Shown here piece by piece: positions 1 through 14,600 of a stretch of DNA of 64,000 nucleotides. The stretch's first letter is position 1. Every line of letters begins with the position of its first letter. The DNA is from Macrostomum hystrix (taxonomy: Eukaryota; Animalia; Platyhelminthes): assembly GCA_950097015.1 (NCBI GenBank), contig CATNEN010000005.1:1178001-1242000 (forward strand). The letters are read 5' to 3'. The position numbers and the translations under genes were made by a program. The notes under the pieces were generated by a model. That model was not told where the DNA came from. It was given only the letters and a program-made list of their open reading frames with translations, and did not search any database.

Positions 1-1085
1 ATCGTTGGTGGGTAGGTTCTACGCTCGTATTGTTGATGGGTCAGGTTCTATTGTTGATGGGTCAGGTTCTATTGTTGGGTCAGGTTCTATTGTTGGGTCA
101 GGTTGTATTGTTGGTGGGTCAGGTTCTATCGTTGGTGCGTCAGGTTCTATCGTTGGTGGGTAGGTTCTACGCTCGTATTGTTGATGGGTCAGGTTCTATT
201 GTTGATGGGTCAGGTTCTATTGTTGATGGGTCAGGTTGTATTGTTGATGGGTCAGGTTGTATTGTTTTCTGGTCAGGTTCTATTGTTGATGGGTCAGGTT
301 GTATTGTTGATGGGTCAGGTTCTATTGTTGGTGGGTCAGGTTCTATTGTTGGTGGGTAGGTTCTACGCTCGTATTGTTGATGGGTCAGGTTCTATTGTTG
401 GTGGGTCAGGTTGCATTGTTGGTGGGTCAGGTTGTATTGTTGGTGGGTCAGGTTGTACTGTTGATGGGTCAGGTTGTATTGTTGATGGGTCAGGTTCAAT
501 TGTTGATGGGTCAGGTTCAATTGTTGGTGGGTCAGGTTCAATTGTTGGTGGGTCAGGTTCTTTTGTTGGTGGGTCAGGTTGTATTATTGGTGGGTCAGGT
601 TTTATTGTTTTCTGGTCAGGTTCTATTGTTGATGGGTCAGGTTCTATTGTTGGTGGGTCAGGTTCTATTGTTAGTGGGTCAGGTTGTATTGTTGGTGGGT
701 CAGGTTCTATTGTTGGTGGGTCAGGTTGTATTGTTGATGGGTCAGGTTTTATTGTTTTCTGGTCAGGTTCTATTGTTGATGGGTCAGGTTGTATTGTTGA
801 TGGGTCAGGTTGTATTGTTGATGGGTCAGGTTCAATTGTTGATGGGTCAGGTTCAATTGTTGGTGGGTCAGGTTCAATTGTTGGTGGGTCAGGTTGTATT
901 ATTGGTGGGTCAGGTTTTATTGTTTTCTGGTCAGGTTCTATTGTTGATGGGTCAGGTTCTATTGTTGGTGGGTCAGGTTCTATTGTTGGTGGGTCAGGTT
1001 GCATTGTTGGTGGGTCAGGTTCTATTGTTAGTGGGTCAGGTTCTATTGTTAGTGGGTCAGGTTCTATTGTTAGTGGGTCAGGTTA
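1..1085. repeat. 21-bp minisatellite (GGTGGGTCAGGTTCTATTGTT), ~50 units, runs off the left edge
   Basis: Direct tandem periodicity. The 7-aa periodic ORFs in several frames are by-products. Confidence 0.97.
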
Positions 1086-1781
1086 TGTCTGTTTAAATAA
1101 AAAAATTCAAATGCAATAAATAAAAGCATGATGCATCAAGAAATCACTGCATTTAGTGAAGAAGTCAAATCAGTATATAATCAAATTCATTAATGGTTGT
1201 CATTACATCATTTCTGATTAGATTACTATTACTAGTAGTTAAACGAGCATTATAATCGGAAAATAAAATAAATCAGGTAATAGGCCAACTCTAAACTACA
1301 CAGTTAATTTTATTTAGTTTTAACTTACTAATTCCATCGTGTGTCTAGTCCAACTGTCTAACTTGCAGTTAGAAATATTTTAAAGGGCCATCACAAATAA
1401 AGGTGACTTAGAATAAAGTTAGGAAGACAAGTTAATTTTATTCATTTTACCAATCACCAAATAACAGGCAGCAAAAGCCAAGGAGACACATTCAACAGTA
1501 GTAAGACCAAATATTTAAAAGAGCCACATTATTATATTTTCTCTATATCTCCTAAAATTTTCCGTTCCGATCCGATGAAACAACTTCCAGAATCACAAAA
1601 CATCGGCATCGTCAAGACATTCAACAATTCACTCATCGAGGTGTTTGGTGGCAAAAAGCTGCAAAATTTCATGATGCAACCATGTCGGCATTCATTGCTG
1701 ACTGTTTTGGATTGATTAAATTGTATTTATTTTTAACTTATATAGTATAAGTGCATCACCCTCATCACCGGGTGCCTGCCG

Positions 1782-2376
1782 GTGTCCCTGCACTCTGAAC
1801 TTCTGGCAGCGCAGTTCTGGGTGCAAGCGCTTCATCCGTGCCACCCATGTCATCATCTGTCGCTCGTCCGGGCCCCGCGGCGGCAACTTCGCTCGTCGCT
1901 CACCACCTGCGCCATCAACTTCATCAACGTGCATCAGCCGCTTCTACGTCCTTCCCCCGGTCCGCTCACCACCCGCCAGCTTTCCATCGCCCTCCACACC
2001 GCTTGCGTGCAGAAACGCCTGCTGGACCGGCAACCAAATCGGGTCCTCGGCGCGCCACCGCCTGTGATCGACGCTTCCGAGACGCAGTTGCCGCGCTTCG
2101 CCCGGGCCACGCTAGCCCAACTCCGGTCGGGTTTCTGCCTTCACCTGGCCAGTTATAAGCACCGCCTCGATCAGGAGTCGCCTGCCACCTGCCCACGTTG
2201 CCACGGCGAGGAAGAGTCGGTCACGCATCTGTTCGCCTGCCCGGCTCGTCCCACCTGGCTCGTCCCGCGGGATCTCTGGTCCCAGCCCAAGACCGTCTGG
2301 GGCTTCTTCGCCGAGCTTCTCCCAGGAGCAGGTACTGGCCCTGGCCCGCCGAGCCAAGGTTAACACACACACACAC
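1782..2376 (+). mobile_element. 5'-truncated non-LTR retrotransposon 3' end (I-group/Ingi-Vingi-like ORF2 C-terminus) with short (CA)n tail
   Basis: GC-rich island. ORF 1782-2363 ends RATLAQLRSG..L.SY..R...CPRC....ESVTHLFACP..PT.L...DLW..P, the C-terminal CCHC region of LINE ORF2. It is followed by ACACACACACAC. The clade assignment is from memory of family motifs. Confidence 0.75.
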
Positions 2377-2628
2377 GATGCTGACTGGGATGGCATTGAA
2401 TGCTATTTCATCGAAAAGGGTGGACCATTTTTATTTAGCTGGTTGAATTTCACGAAAATCTGTCATTCGGTTTAGGAGCTATTGTGACGTAGGCAGCGAG
2501 TATTTGAAATATCCCCTGGTCTTTCAATAGGGGAAATATAGCGTGGCATTTCTGCTGTTAAACACGACCAGTCTAAACTGCATGACATCTAAATAGAATC
2601 AAGCAAGAAAAAGCACAATAACAACAAT

Positions 2629-5600
2629 TCACAGCATTCTCAATAGAGCGGCAGCATTGTCCCAGGTGCGTAAACCGTAATGACAGCCACCGCCGCGATG
2701 CTCCATCATTAGCCAAGCAGCTTCCGGTAGGCAGCCGGCCAGTTTTAGCTGATCAATAGTACGGTTGACTAGATTAGAAGCATTGGCGCTGTTATCTGAC
2801 AGCAGTTTGTTAATAAACTGTTCGTACAGGCAGCATCCGGGTAATTTGCCAGCTAGATTGGCATCAATTAACGCTAGCAAAGTGTCCGATCTGATGCTAG
2901 GCAACTGTTGCACTCTACTCTGATAGCTGTTGCACTCGACCAGGAAGCTGTCGATGAGTTTTGGCCATAGACAGGCAAGGGCGCAGGCCGAATTCCAATC
3001 CTGACTGGCAAGGCAGAGCTTGTAGGCTCGATTATAAACAGCCTCTGGCCAAACTAATTGCCGCTGTTGAAGCACTTCTTCATCGACTGGCTGCTGCTGC
3101 TGCTGATTGGCTCTGGCAATGATCAGATCTCGCCCGGGCTGGTCCAATAGTTTGCAAGCATCTAGCCAGGCTAGCCAAGCGGGTGTTAGATAGTTGTCTT
3201 CAGTTGGATTAGTTGGATCATCACTGGGTGGCCATAGTGACAGAAGGTCGCCAATACCTGACACCTGTGCGAGTAAGGAGCCAGTTTTAATTCATTTTAT
3301 TTTGTTAATAAAAATACCAAAACACATGGTGGTGCAATAAAAAGACTAGAGAAACAGCCAGATTAAAATATTGTGCAGGGGCACCGAAAATTAAACGATA
3401 TGAGACACGGACGATGATAAGAGACAAGGCCAATTAAAAGATCAGAGAAGCCGCCATTTAAAAGATCAGAGACACCGCCATTTAAAAGATCAGAGACACC
3501 GCCATTGGAAAGATCAGAGGAACCGCAATTTAGAAGATCAGAGACACCGCTAAAAAGATAAAAGAAACTGCCATTTAAAAAATCAGAGACACCGGAACTT
3601 AAAAGATCAGAACACATCGCGCATAGAAATGATCAAACGATGCCGCTAATTAATTAAAATATATTAAACATCTGTTAGTTTCAATAAAACCTAAATTAGC
3701 ACACAAAGAAATTGAATAATTATTACAAAAAACAGCAGTTTTTCTCACCTGTTCCAAGCTTCGACACTCCGGCATAAGTCGAACGAATTCCTGACACCTG
3801 GACGCCTCAGATTGCAACAGTTTCGATGCACTAGTTGGCTCAGAACAGTCAGACAGGAGTCTGGTTAAACAGTCGATAGCGTGATCAGCCAACAATGGCA
3901 GCAATTTCACACCGGACAGTTCAAAATAATTAGCCAGAAAGTCGAGCACAGAGGAGCGTCGATCGGACGACAATGGCTCGCCACCGCCGCCGAGGCAGTC
4001 TTTCAACGCCGCCAGAACTGGTCCATCGTCCAGAGCTGGCGTCAACGGTTGCTCGGGTTCCCTGAGCTCGTCCAACAGGCAAGACAGCGAGACAATCCAA
4101 TCGGCGTCTTCAGCGGCTGAACGGATTCTATAGCTGATGGCGCTGCGAAACAGTGCGGCCAAATCTGGGGCGCCCATATTAGCGCACTGAGCAACAGCTA
4201 GCACTGATTCTAACGGAGCAGATTCTATCAATAGCCGATTGATTAATTGTTCCGCATCGGATCGATCTGGGCCTAGGGCAGCTGCCATTGCTGAGAAATC
4301 GCTAGCACCAGTTGACGATGATAGCAACGGTAGGAGTCGGTCGATAACTGAACGCGAGTGCTTTAACCAGGCGGAGACTTTGTCAACGGCGGTAGGCCAG
4401 GTGTCTGTGGACACATTCGGCAGCGGCGGCTGTGTGCCTGCCGATGCTGCTGATGACGAGGAGTCTAAAAGCGAAATGGGTTTTTTAAGACCGTTTGAGA
4501 ATCTGGGGATAATGATGGGTAGATATTTGGGGGTCGGTGGCAGAGAGCGTTTGACTATAAATAATAATCTTATTTCATAGGCAGACATTGGGATTTGGGA
4601 ATAATATACCTTTTTGCGTTCTATTTGGGCTTTCTTGCGAGCCATTTGGGCAGCGCAGGCAGTGGTGAGCGAGACGAAAGCAGGCACTCTGTGCCATAGA
4701 CAAAGATTACATTTGCTTCTGAATTCGGCAACCAATTTGGGCCCCCTTGCGAGCAATTTCGGCCATTTAAAAGCTACGCTATGAACGCAGAAGAACATGA
4801 GCCATACAGACAAACAGACAAAGAGGTGAAAGCACCAATAGGAAAAATGTTAACTTGGGAAAACAATCAGACTGATTGAAAAGGAGTCAAAACGTCACTC
4901 GGTAATGTCAGCTGCCTCGAGGCAACGCTGCATGTAGGTCAGACTGTGGTTCACCCACTGTCGACACTTGAATGGCGTGATCTCGAATACAGCCGTGTCG
5001 ATCAGTTGCTGCAGAATCCGCAGTCGTTGCTGATGTAGCGATGTGCTCGGTCATGCGCAATAAAATTGCAGACGATGTTGGCTGCTGTCTGGCGCTTGAT
5101 GCCAAGCATGCGCGCTAGGTGTCGCCAGTCGGCATCATTCTGGTAGGCTGCAATCAGCCTCTGTCTGTTAACAGCCGATATGCGCGAGTAATAACCGCGA
5201 GGCGGCATCGCGTTCAGAGTATGCTCATGTTGCAGACTGTTGTGACTTCAATGGCTGCTGCCCCTGTTTTTTATCTCTGACTGCCACCACTGGCCGAAAT
5301 TGCTCGCAAAGGGGCCCAAATTGGTTGCCGAATTCAGAAGCAAATGTAATCTTTGTCTATGGCACAGAGTGCCTGCTTTCGTCTCGCTCACCACTGCCTG
5401 CGCTGCCCAAATGGCTCGCAAGAAAGCCCAAATAGAACGCAAAAAGGTATAGTATAATAGAAGATAGATATGGGATCTCGCACCATCTCGGAAGGTAGAT
5501 TTTGGAATCTTGGGATTATTATTTTTATTTGCGTGAGGGCTGCGGGCAATGGCAAATCATTTGGTGACACTGGACCCGCAGCCAGCGAGGAGGCAATTCC

Positions 5601-8600
5601 GCCCATTTCGCTGACTCCTGAGTACACAGGCACACAGGTGTGTACATCTGCCCTGACTTTCTCATCGTAAGGCAGTGTACACTCTCACTGTGCCTTGGAG
5701 GTTGGCCCTCAAGGGTGCGAATCGCACGACAAGCCCCCAAGCCTTCTCTCCGTGGCTGCGCCCCAAATAAATGTGGCCTCGCTGCTGAATCGAACTTAGG
5801 AACCTTCGTGCGAGAGGCAAACGCGTTAACGGCTCTGCCACCGAAGGGATAGCCCGAGTGAACCATTCTCAAACTCATGATGGTTAACTCAAAGTTGTAC
5901 AGCTCACCTTGACGCTTCTGCCTACTAGCGGAAGACTGCTGCTGCTGCTGCTGCTGTTGCGCCTGCTGCTTGCAGAACTTCGCAGCCCGACGAAGAATTT
6001 CAAGACGAGCATCGGAAGGCACCTGGCCGGCGCGAGGACCTGAATAAATCGATGTGATAAACACGCAATTATAAAACCTTTAGGAGCCCTGTCGTCACGG
6101 GTTCGAATCTCAGGTTGAATATGAGCAAGATAGTTAATTCACCAATAAGAAACTGATCTGAAACTCACCAAAAGCAACATTGCGAATGAATCCAAGATAA
6201 TCAGCAGGATCTAATCTAGGCAAATGCGGCGAACAGGCTTCGTACCTGTGCAACCAGTTGACATTGCTAACACTGTCCTCCCAGAATAATCTACTAATCC
6301 ATCGGGCATAGACGGCCCCAGATTTCAGGCCAACGCAGGGAGCCAGCTTGGCTAGAGTGGCAACATTCCGCTGCGTCAGGGCGGGCGCCAGGACTTCGTC
6401 TAAAATTGCGTCACCGTTGCTAACGCCGCCCTCGCCGATGAGTCGCCTATAGTCCAAGCCTTCAGTGGCAGCGGATTGTAACTTTGTCAGCGTCTTACAG
6501 TGCCAATCAGCTGTGCGGCCTGCTGAGCAGACTGTGTCAGGCGGAGGCAGGCTATAAAAGTACAATAGCCTGGCTAGGTCAACGCCAGCTATGTTGGGAT
6601 AAATGCCAGTCAATAGGCGATGCTGAAATTCGACTGGTCTAGAGCGCAGAGTGGGTAGCAACGGCTCCAGGCTGCTACGGATTTGGTCTAAGGACACAGA
6701 CTGAGCAGACTCAGCGAATAGGTATTCCATATGGGTGGCGCAGATTTCCCAGTCTGAGATTTCGTATCTGGAAATTAATAGCAAATGGATAATCAAATAA
6801 ACTGATTATTACTATTATTATTATTATTGAGGTGCGCACGCGGATTGGGTGCTGATTTTTTGTTTATTTTATGTTTGAGGCTGAACAATTCGATTTTTTT
6901 CGATAGGAAAACAGTAGCATGCATAATTTTAATTTTAGGTGAATGAAATATTTGAAAAAAAACAAAGGCATTAAAACAAAAAACAAAAAAGTGAAATTTA
7001 AAGAGAAAATTGAATCTGACCGAAAGAAGAATGGCTATTGTGTTTTCGCATTCTAACTATGGGCCTCAGGGCAGTGGCTTTTCATCTAGCTTTAAGTATG
7101 CTTTCTATGAAGTCCACAAAACTTTCTGTTAATTTTGTGCTTTCCTGTGTCATTAAATACACAATTTTGTCATCTGCTGTTAGGATTTCGAAATTTCGAA
7201 CAGTGCCTGCCACTTTCTCTATGAATTTATTTCTAATTGGAACATAAACGGACTAATCGCATCCAAAGAGAATATGAGTTTCGTTCTCTACCTCGACTCT
7301 ACATTTTGGACATCTCGACATCTGTTTTCATAGGCGATTTTCGGTCTTACAGTGCGCAATGTCTCACAGGCCAGTTTGTGGTTTCCTAGACGAAATCGAA
7401 ACATTGTGCGCCTTTGTTCTGGGTTAGAGATTATTGTTAGGGAGAAATATTTCTTAAACGTATAATAGAAGTGGCTGAGCTTGGCTGATTTTCCCATCCT
7501 CTGAGTCCAGTGCCTTCGAAACTCTGACTCAAAATTCTCTCTGTGCGTTTTGATGGACTTTGATTTTCTAGTCTGTTGACAATTCCGCATTACTTCACTA
7601 TTCATTTTCCCCTAATGCCAACATCGCTGTATTCTGTATCTGCCACCAATTTCGCGATGATGGAGTCTGGTCGGCTCCGAACTGAGGACCAGTATTGAAG
7701 GCTTCTTTTTTGAATACTATATAATAGTGGTAGTCTTCCTAATTCGAACCGAGCACCATTGCTGTCAGTGTTTGGACTAACTTGCAGAATCGACTTGCAG
7801 ATTCTAAAATTAATTCTCTCTATAAGGTTCCGATCCCAAGTACCCAGTTTCCAGGAGACAAAGGCTCCCCAGGCCTCTGATGCATAGAGAACTATGCCTT
7901 CAATCATAGTTGTGCTAAACAGGATGAGCTGTTTGTGTTTCGCTCTCTGAAATCCCGCCAACTTTCTCAGAAGCATTATTGGATATCCACTTTTTTACCT
8001 AGTTCTATGGCATGAGTATCTATTGTACCCTTCACGTTCATGTGAAACCCAAGATATGTCCACTGCTGTACGGGTTCAATCAGTTGACCATGTAAAAACA
8101 GTCTATGTGTTGCCCTTGAGTGGAGATTGCAGCTCAGAAGCTGTCTTCTCAGAGTTTATTTCTAATTTATGAGTATTAGTGCAGACAATGAAAGGAGAAA
8201 AATATGATCGTCGCCAGGCAGTGTACACTCTCACTGTACCTTGGAGGTTGGCCCTCAATGGAGCATATTTCACGACAAGCCCCGAAGCCTTCTCTCAGCG
8301 GCTGCGCCACAAATAAATGTGGCCTCGCCGCGGAATCGAGCTCAGGGACCTTGGTGCGAGAGGCAATCGCGTTAGACTGCTCTGCCACTTAAACCTCCGC
8401 CAACCAAAGTTTTTACCCCATTCCTCTAGGACACAAATTGCTTTTCATGCTAAATAAAGCGACAGTGTACACAGTGTCTGACAGTGAAAAATGGTGAGAA
8501 ATGAAGCCTTACCTAGCAGCCAGGGCCCTAGCCAAATGCAGCTGTTTAGCCTCGGCAGTCATGGCCAATCCCAGCACAGTGTCAGATCGATAATGGCTAT

Positions 8601-11600
8601 CAGTGGCGAATCTGTCCAAGCAAACGCTGGGGCAGGTGTCAGCCAATCGACTGGCCAGGTCGCAATCATTTAGAAGGCGTTCGCATCGATGAAATTCTTC
8701 TATTAGAAGATTGTTATCGTCTGTTGATGAATCGGTGGGCAATTTGGCCAGCAGCGCCTTAGCAACGGCATAGATACGGCCAGGTGAGAGTTGGCGACCA
8801 ATCAGATTGAGCGGAGTTTTTCGCCAATCCTCTTTGATTGACTGCTGCTTTTTCACTTGCTTAGTAGTGCCTAAGAAAATTAAAATTTACATTATTAAAT
8901 TTATCATTAAATAAACAAAATATAGAAATACGTTGGAATAAAAAACTACTTAACTATAGAACAAAAACACACAAATAAGATAGTTTTAACTAAAAAACTA
9001 ATTTACGACAGTAGTAAGTTTAGGAAAATGAAACTTAAAAGCCAATAAAGTTACTCGTTGCTTTTATTTAAGAATAAAATTAAATAATTTTCTAAAGTAA
9101 CGATTTTTTTGCTTCGTTACTTTTTAGTAGCATCGAAATTAATTCGCTACTTTAAGAAGTTACAATAAAAATAAACGAAACTACGTTCGTTAAATCTAAA
9201 ATAAGCTTTAAATCTCACCAGAAACAGCAGCAGAATTTAGTAGATGCTGGCGCGACAGAATTCGATAGGCCAAAGCGACCAACTCAAAGGAGTGCAGCCT
9301 GGGTCCTGACCTAAACCGGTCTCCAATAGTCTGGGTTATCACATTGTCAACTGAACTGACAGACACGGCAGACGCGAACGCATACAATGTGGACACTTGG
9401 CAACGAGTTAAAGCTAAATTATTTAACAACTGGTCTAGCTGTTGGCTGGCGATATTCTCATCGTCATCGATTGAATATTGACACAAACGTCTGCGCAATA
9501 AACGCAATTGTTGCAGATGATTCTGAGAGTCCGATTCAACCACTGGACCTTCTTCGGCTTCGGTAAGGCTAGCCAGAGCTCGATCTAGTAGCTGACGATT
9601 CTCGGCACTGTTAGACAATGTCGCTGTTGTTATCATGAGAAACGGAGAGTCAACACTCGACTCGTCCGTTAAGTCTTCCATTGTTTCGTAGAAAAACGAT
9701 TTATTCAACGGGAAATCAATGCGACTGCCAGACTTGGCTGAAGTTTTCTTGTCCGCGGTCGACTTCGATGACTGCCTGCTGGGGTTGAGGCATTCAAGTT
9801 AGGACGATTCTGGTGATGGGTTGAGACGATTCTTAACATTGGTTGGGACGATTCTTAAAACGGGTTGAGACGATTCTTAACATTGGTTGGGACGATTCTT
9901 AACATTGGTTGGGACGATTCTTAAAACGGGTTGAGACGATTTGTAACATAGGTTGGGACGATTCTTAACATTGGTTGGGACGATTATTAACATTGGTTGG
10001 GACGATTCTTAAAACGGGTTGAGACGATTCTTAACATTGGTTGGGACGATTCTTAACATTGGTTGGGACGATTCTTAAAACGGGTTGAGACGATTCTTAA
10101 CATTGGTTGGGACGATTCTTAACATTGGTTGGGACGATTCTTAACATTGGTTGGGACGATTCTTAACATTGGTTGAGACGATTCTTAACATTGGTTGGGA
10201 CGATTCTTAACATTGGTTGGGACGATTCTTAAAACGGGTTGAGACGATTCTTAACATTGGTTGGGACGATTCTTAACATTGGTTGGGACGATTCTTAACA
10301 TTGGTTGGGACGATTCTTAAAACGGGTTGAGACGATTCTTAAAATTGATTGGGACGATTCTTAAAATGGGTTGAGACGATTCTCTGAATAGATTGGGACG
10401 ATTCTCAGAATGATTTCGGAAGATTCTCTGAATAGATTGGGACGATTCTCAGAATGAGTTCGGAAGATTCTCTGGCTAGAGTAAGACGGTTCTCTGGATG
10501 GGTTGGTATAATTCTTAAAATCGGCTGGGACGATTCTCAGAATGAAGTTGGAAGATTCTCATTATAGCCTGGGACGATTCTCTCGATGGGACTATTCTCT
10601 GAATGTCCTATGAAGATTCTCAGTATATGCATCAGTTTGATAAAATATATTTAATTTCACCAAAACGAGTGCAAAGCTTTCTCACCGTGAACGAGCCAAA
10701 TCAACGCCCAATTTGCTGAGCGTACTATCCAGCAGTCTCTTAGAGTTGGCAGCAGATTTGAGCACACCTTTGAGACCGTATTTGGCTAGCGCACCGCCGG
10801 CTCTCGTCAGTGACGTCAAAGAGATTTGTTCGCCACCAGCCGAGTCATCAACGGAGCCTTCGACCGATTCCCCACCGCAGCCGCTGTTACCCTCGGTGAA
10901 GCAGCAGCATTCGACATCATCCAGCAGATCGCAGGCCGCATCAAGCATGTCTGGCGGGCAGTGAACGGTGCAAAATCTGGCCATGCGCAATCGGAAATCG
11001 TTGCCGTCATCATCCGGGCTAGCATTGAACCGCTGATTCGGCCAGCGATGGAGGAGGGCGTAGCACAAGCGCCACGCTTCGGGGCACAGGGATTGTGATT
11101 GGTCCGGCGCATTGTTGGCAATGAGAAGGTGGCACAGGTTGGCAGCGAATGAGGCATCGTCAGCATTTAGGGCAGCTTCGGCAACGGACAGTTGGACTGA
11201 GGCTACGGCTGAGTTAGGCAGGTGTAGTAGGCGACACACACGAATCAGACTGGACAGTGGGGTGGGGAGATGAGTTAGTGAGGATTAATTTATCTCTGGT
11301 CTACAAACTCTTTAGAATCTTGGCTGCTTAGACAAAAATACACACTCCGTGCTTTAATACCAAAAATTACATTAAATCGGTGTGCTTTTAAATCATCAGA
11401 TTTTAGTGCCCTTAAGTAGGTCACAAAAATCCCTTTATCAATCAATCAGTGACTGTATATGTCATATATTTAGTCCATCAGCGAGTCACTAAATATCCCA
11501 TATTTGTCAGTCAGCGAGTCACTAAATATCCCATATTTGTCAGTCAGCGAGTCACTAAATATCCCATATTTGTCAGTCAGCGAGTCATTAAAATCTCATA

Positions 11601-14600
11601 TTTGTCAGTCAGCGAGTCACTAAAATCTCATATTTGTCAGTCAGCGAGTCACTAAATATCCCATATTTGTCAGCCAGCGAGCCACTAAATATCCCATATT
11701 TGTCAGCCAGCGAGTCACTAAATATCCCATATTTGTCAGTCAGCGAGTCACTAAATATCCCATATTTGTCAGCCAGCGAGTCACTAAATATCCCATATTT
11801 GTCAGTCAGCGAGTCACTAAATATCCCATATTTGTCAGTCAGCGAGTCACTAAATATCCCATATTTGTCAGCCAGCGAGTCACTAAATATCCCATATTTG
11901 TCAGTCAGCGAGTCACTAAATATCCCATATTTGTCAGCCAGCGAGCCACTAAATATCCCATATTTGTCAGCCAGCGAGCCACTAAATATCCCATATTTGT
12001 CAGTCAATGAGTCACTAAATATCCCATATTTGTCAGCCAGCGAGTCACTAAATATCCCATATTAAGTCAATAAGCGAGTCACTAAATATCCCATATTTGT
12101 CAGCCAGCGAGTTACTAAAATCCCATATTTGTCAGTCAGCGAGTCACTAAATATCCTATATTTGTCAGCCAGCGAGTCACTAAAATCCCATATGAAGTCA
12201 ATAAGCGAGTCAATAAATATCCCATATTTGTCAGTCAGCGAGTCACTAAATATCCCATATTTGTCAGCCAGCGAGCCACTAAATATCCCATATTTGTCAG
12301 TCAATGAGTCACTAAATATCCCATATTTGTCAGCCAGCGAGTCATTAAAATCTCATATTTGTCAGTCAGCGAGTCACTAAATATCCCATATTTGTCAGCC
12401 AGCGAGCCACTAAATATCCCATATTTGTCAGTCAATGAGTCACTAAATATCCCATATTTGTCAGTCAGCGAGTCATTAAAATCTCATATTTGTCAGTCAG
12501 CGAGTCATTAAAATCTCATATTTGTCAGTCAGCGAGTCACTAAATATCCCATATTTGTCAGCCAGCGAGCCACTAAATATCCCATATTTGTCAGTCAATG
12601 AGTCACTAAATATCCCATATTTGTCAGCCAGCGAGTCACTAAATATCCCATATTAAGTCAATAAGCGAGTCACTAAATATCCCATATTTGTCAGCCAGCG
12701 AGTTACTAAAATCCCATATTTGTCAGTCAGCGAGTCACTAAATATCCTATATTTGTCAGCCAGCGAGTCACTAAAATCCCATATGAAGTCAATAAGCGAG
12801 TCAATAAATATCCCATATTTGTCAGTCAGCGAGTCACTAAATATCCCATATTTGTCAGCCAGCGAGCCACTAAATATCCCATATTTGTCAGTCAATGAGT
12901 CACTAAATATCCCATATTTGTCAGCCAGCGAGTCACTAAATATCCCATATTAAGTCAATAAGCGAGTCACTAAATATCCCATATTTGTCAGCCAGCGAGT
13001 TACTAAAATCCCATATTTGTCAGTCAGCGAGTCACTAAATATCCTATATTTGTCAGCCAGCGAGTCACTAAAATCCCATATGAAGTCAATAAGCGAGTCA
13101 ATAAATATCCCATATTTGTCAGTCAGCGAGTCACTAAATATCCCATATTTGTCAGCCAGCGAGTCACTAAATATCCCATATTTGTCAGTCAGTGAGTCAC
13201 TAAATATCCCATATTTGTCAGCCAGCGAGTCACTAAATATCCCATATTTGTCAGCCAGCGAGTCACTAAATATCCCATATTTGTCAGCCAGCGAGTCACT
13301 AAATATCCCATATTAAGTCAATAAGCAAGTCACTAAATATCCCATATTTGTCAGCCAGCGAGTCACTAAAATCCCATATTTGTCAGTCAGCGAGTCACTA
13401 AATATCCTATATTTGTCAGCCAGCGAGTCACTAAAATCCCATATGAAGTCAATAAGCGAGTCAATAAATATCCCCAAACTGAAAATAGCCATACTCACTC
13501 GTCCAATCGTTTATAAAGTCCGGCCTTCTTAACCACCGCATTGCACAACAGTCCAGTTAGATCTGCGTGACCTCGCAATCCCACTGGCAGCACGGGAATA
13601 TTCAAATCTTCCAACGCAACCAATGCGTCAATCATAGCCAACTCTTTGCGTACAATGGGTTCGTTGGCCGGTAGGAAGGCAAGGCATTCTCGAGCCAATT
13701 TAATTGTAGGATCATTGGCACTAGCAGCCGAATTGAAATAATCAACAGCAGCAGCTACCAGCAGGTCAACAGCGTCCGTAAATGGCACGTGTGGTCGCCT
13801 AGCTGGCAATCTACCGGGTTCCAATTCTAATTGAGCAACGGCAGTTTTTATTAGACCAATTTGACCAGCGGATAGCATGCATTGCAATAGAACACGAACC
13901 GGTCTACCAACTGGCACTAGAGAAGCTAATGCGCCACTAGCTAAACTGTCTAGATCTCGCAACAGAATAGTGACCTTGTCATGCTCAATTAGGCCACTAT
14001 TGGCTAAAGTTTCAGAGCACCAGACCCGCACCTGATGCCTAGCAACCTGTTGCAATAATAGTTCAGCTCCGGAAGCATCCAACGCAGCCAGAGTAGACGG
14101 ACAACGAGCCGCGGATGTGAATGATCCGGATTTACTACTCGAAGTAGAAGTAGAGACTCTAGTCATAACTAGCCTACAAGCGTCCACTCTTTGACGCAGA
14201 GTTTTAGCTCGCTCAGTTAGAGCCGATTGATTAGGCTGCAATTGCGTGGCTAATTCTGCTAGGCGATTGGCCGCATTCAGATCAACTACTGCCTCAGTAG
14301 TATCGCCAGCATCTGAACTGGGATCAGTGTAAGCCGCTTCCAGAGCTACATCGGCTAGCAATTGTGGATCAACTAGGAATTGAGCAGCCGCAGCCCCAAC
14401 TGGAGGTCGTTCAACATAGGCCGCAACCAATCCTAGGCGACCCTCGCTAGCCAATCCGAGCAGCAGTCGACGGAGCAGGTCTCGGCCGAGGCCGCTTTGG
14501 CGAGTCTCTAGTCTGGCCAAGTGCGGAGCCAATCGCTCGGCACAATCCGATAAGAAATCTTCGCGTGATTCTCGCCGACCAATCAGCAATTGGCAGCGTT

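Noticed and set aside
30-1119. Gly/Val/Pro-rich repetitive ORFs
   Set aside because: By-product of the 21-bp array whose unit length is a multiple of 3.
4465-4813. N-terminal part of ORF 3650-4813
   Set aside because: Read-through into the intron and the transposon TIR. The real exon starts at the TTTTAG acceptor (4464).
5388-5633. Apparent extra NBAS exon (GVSEMGGIASS...)
   Set aside because: Exon 6039-5908 splices in phase directly to 4464. This ORF runs from the SINE tail into the Tc1-like TIR and shows no NBAS similarity.
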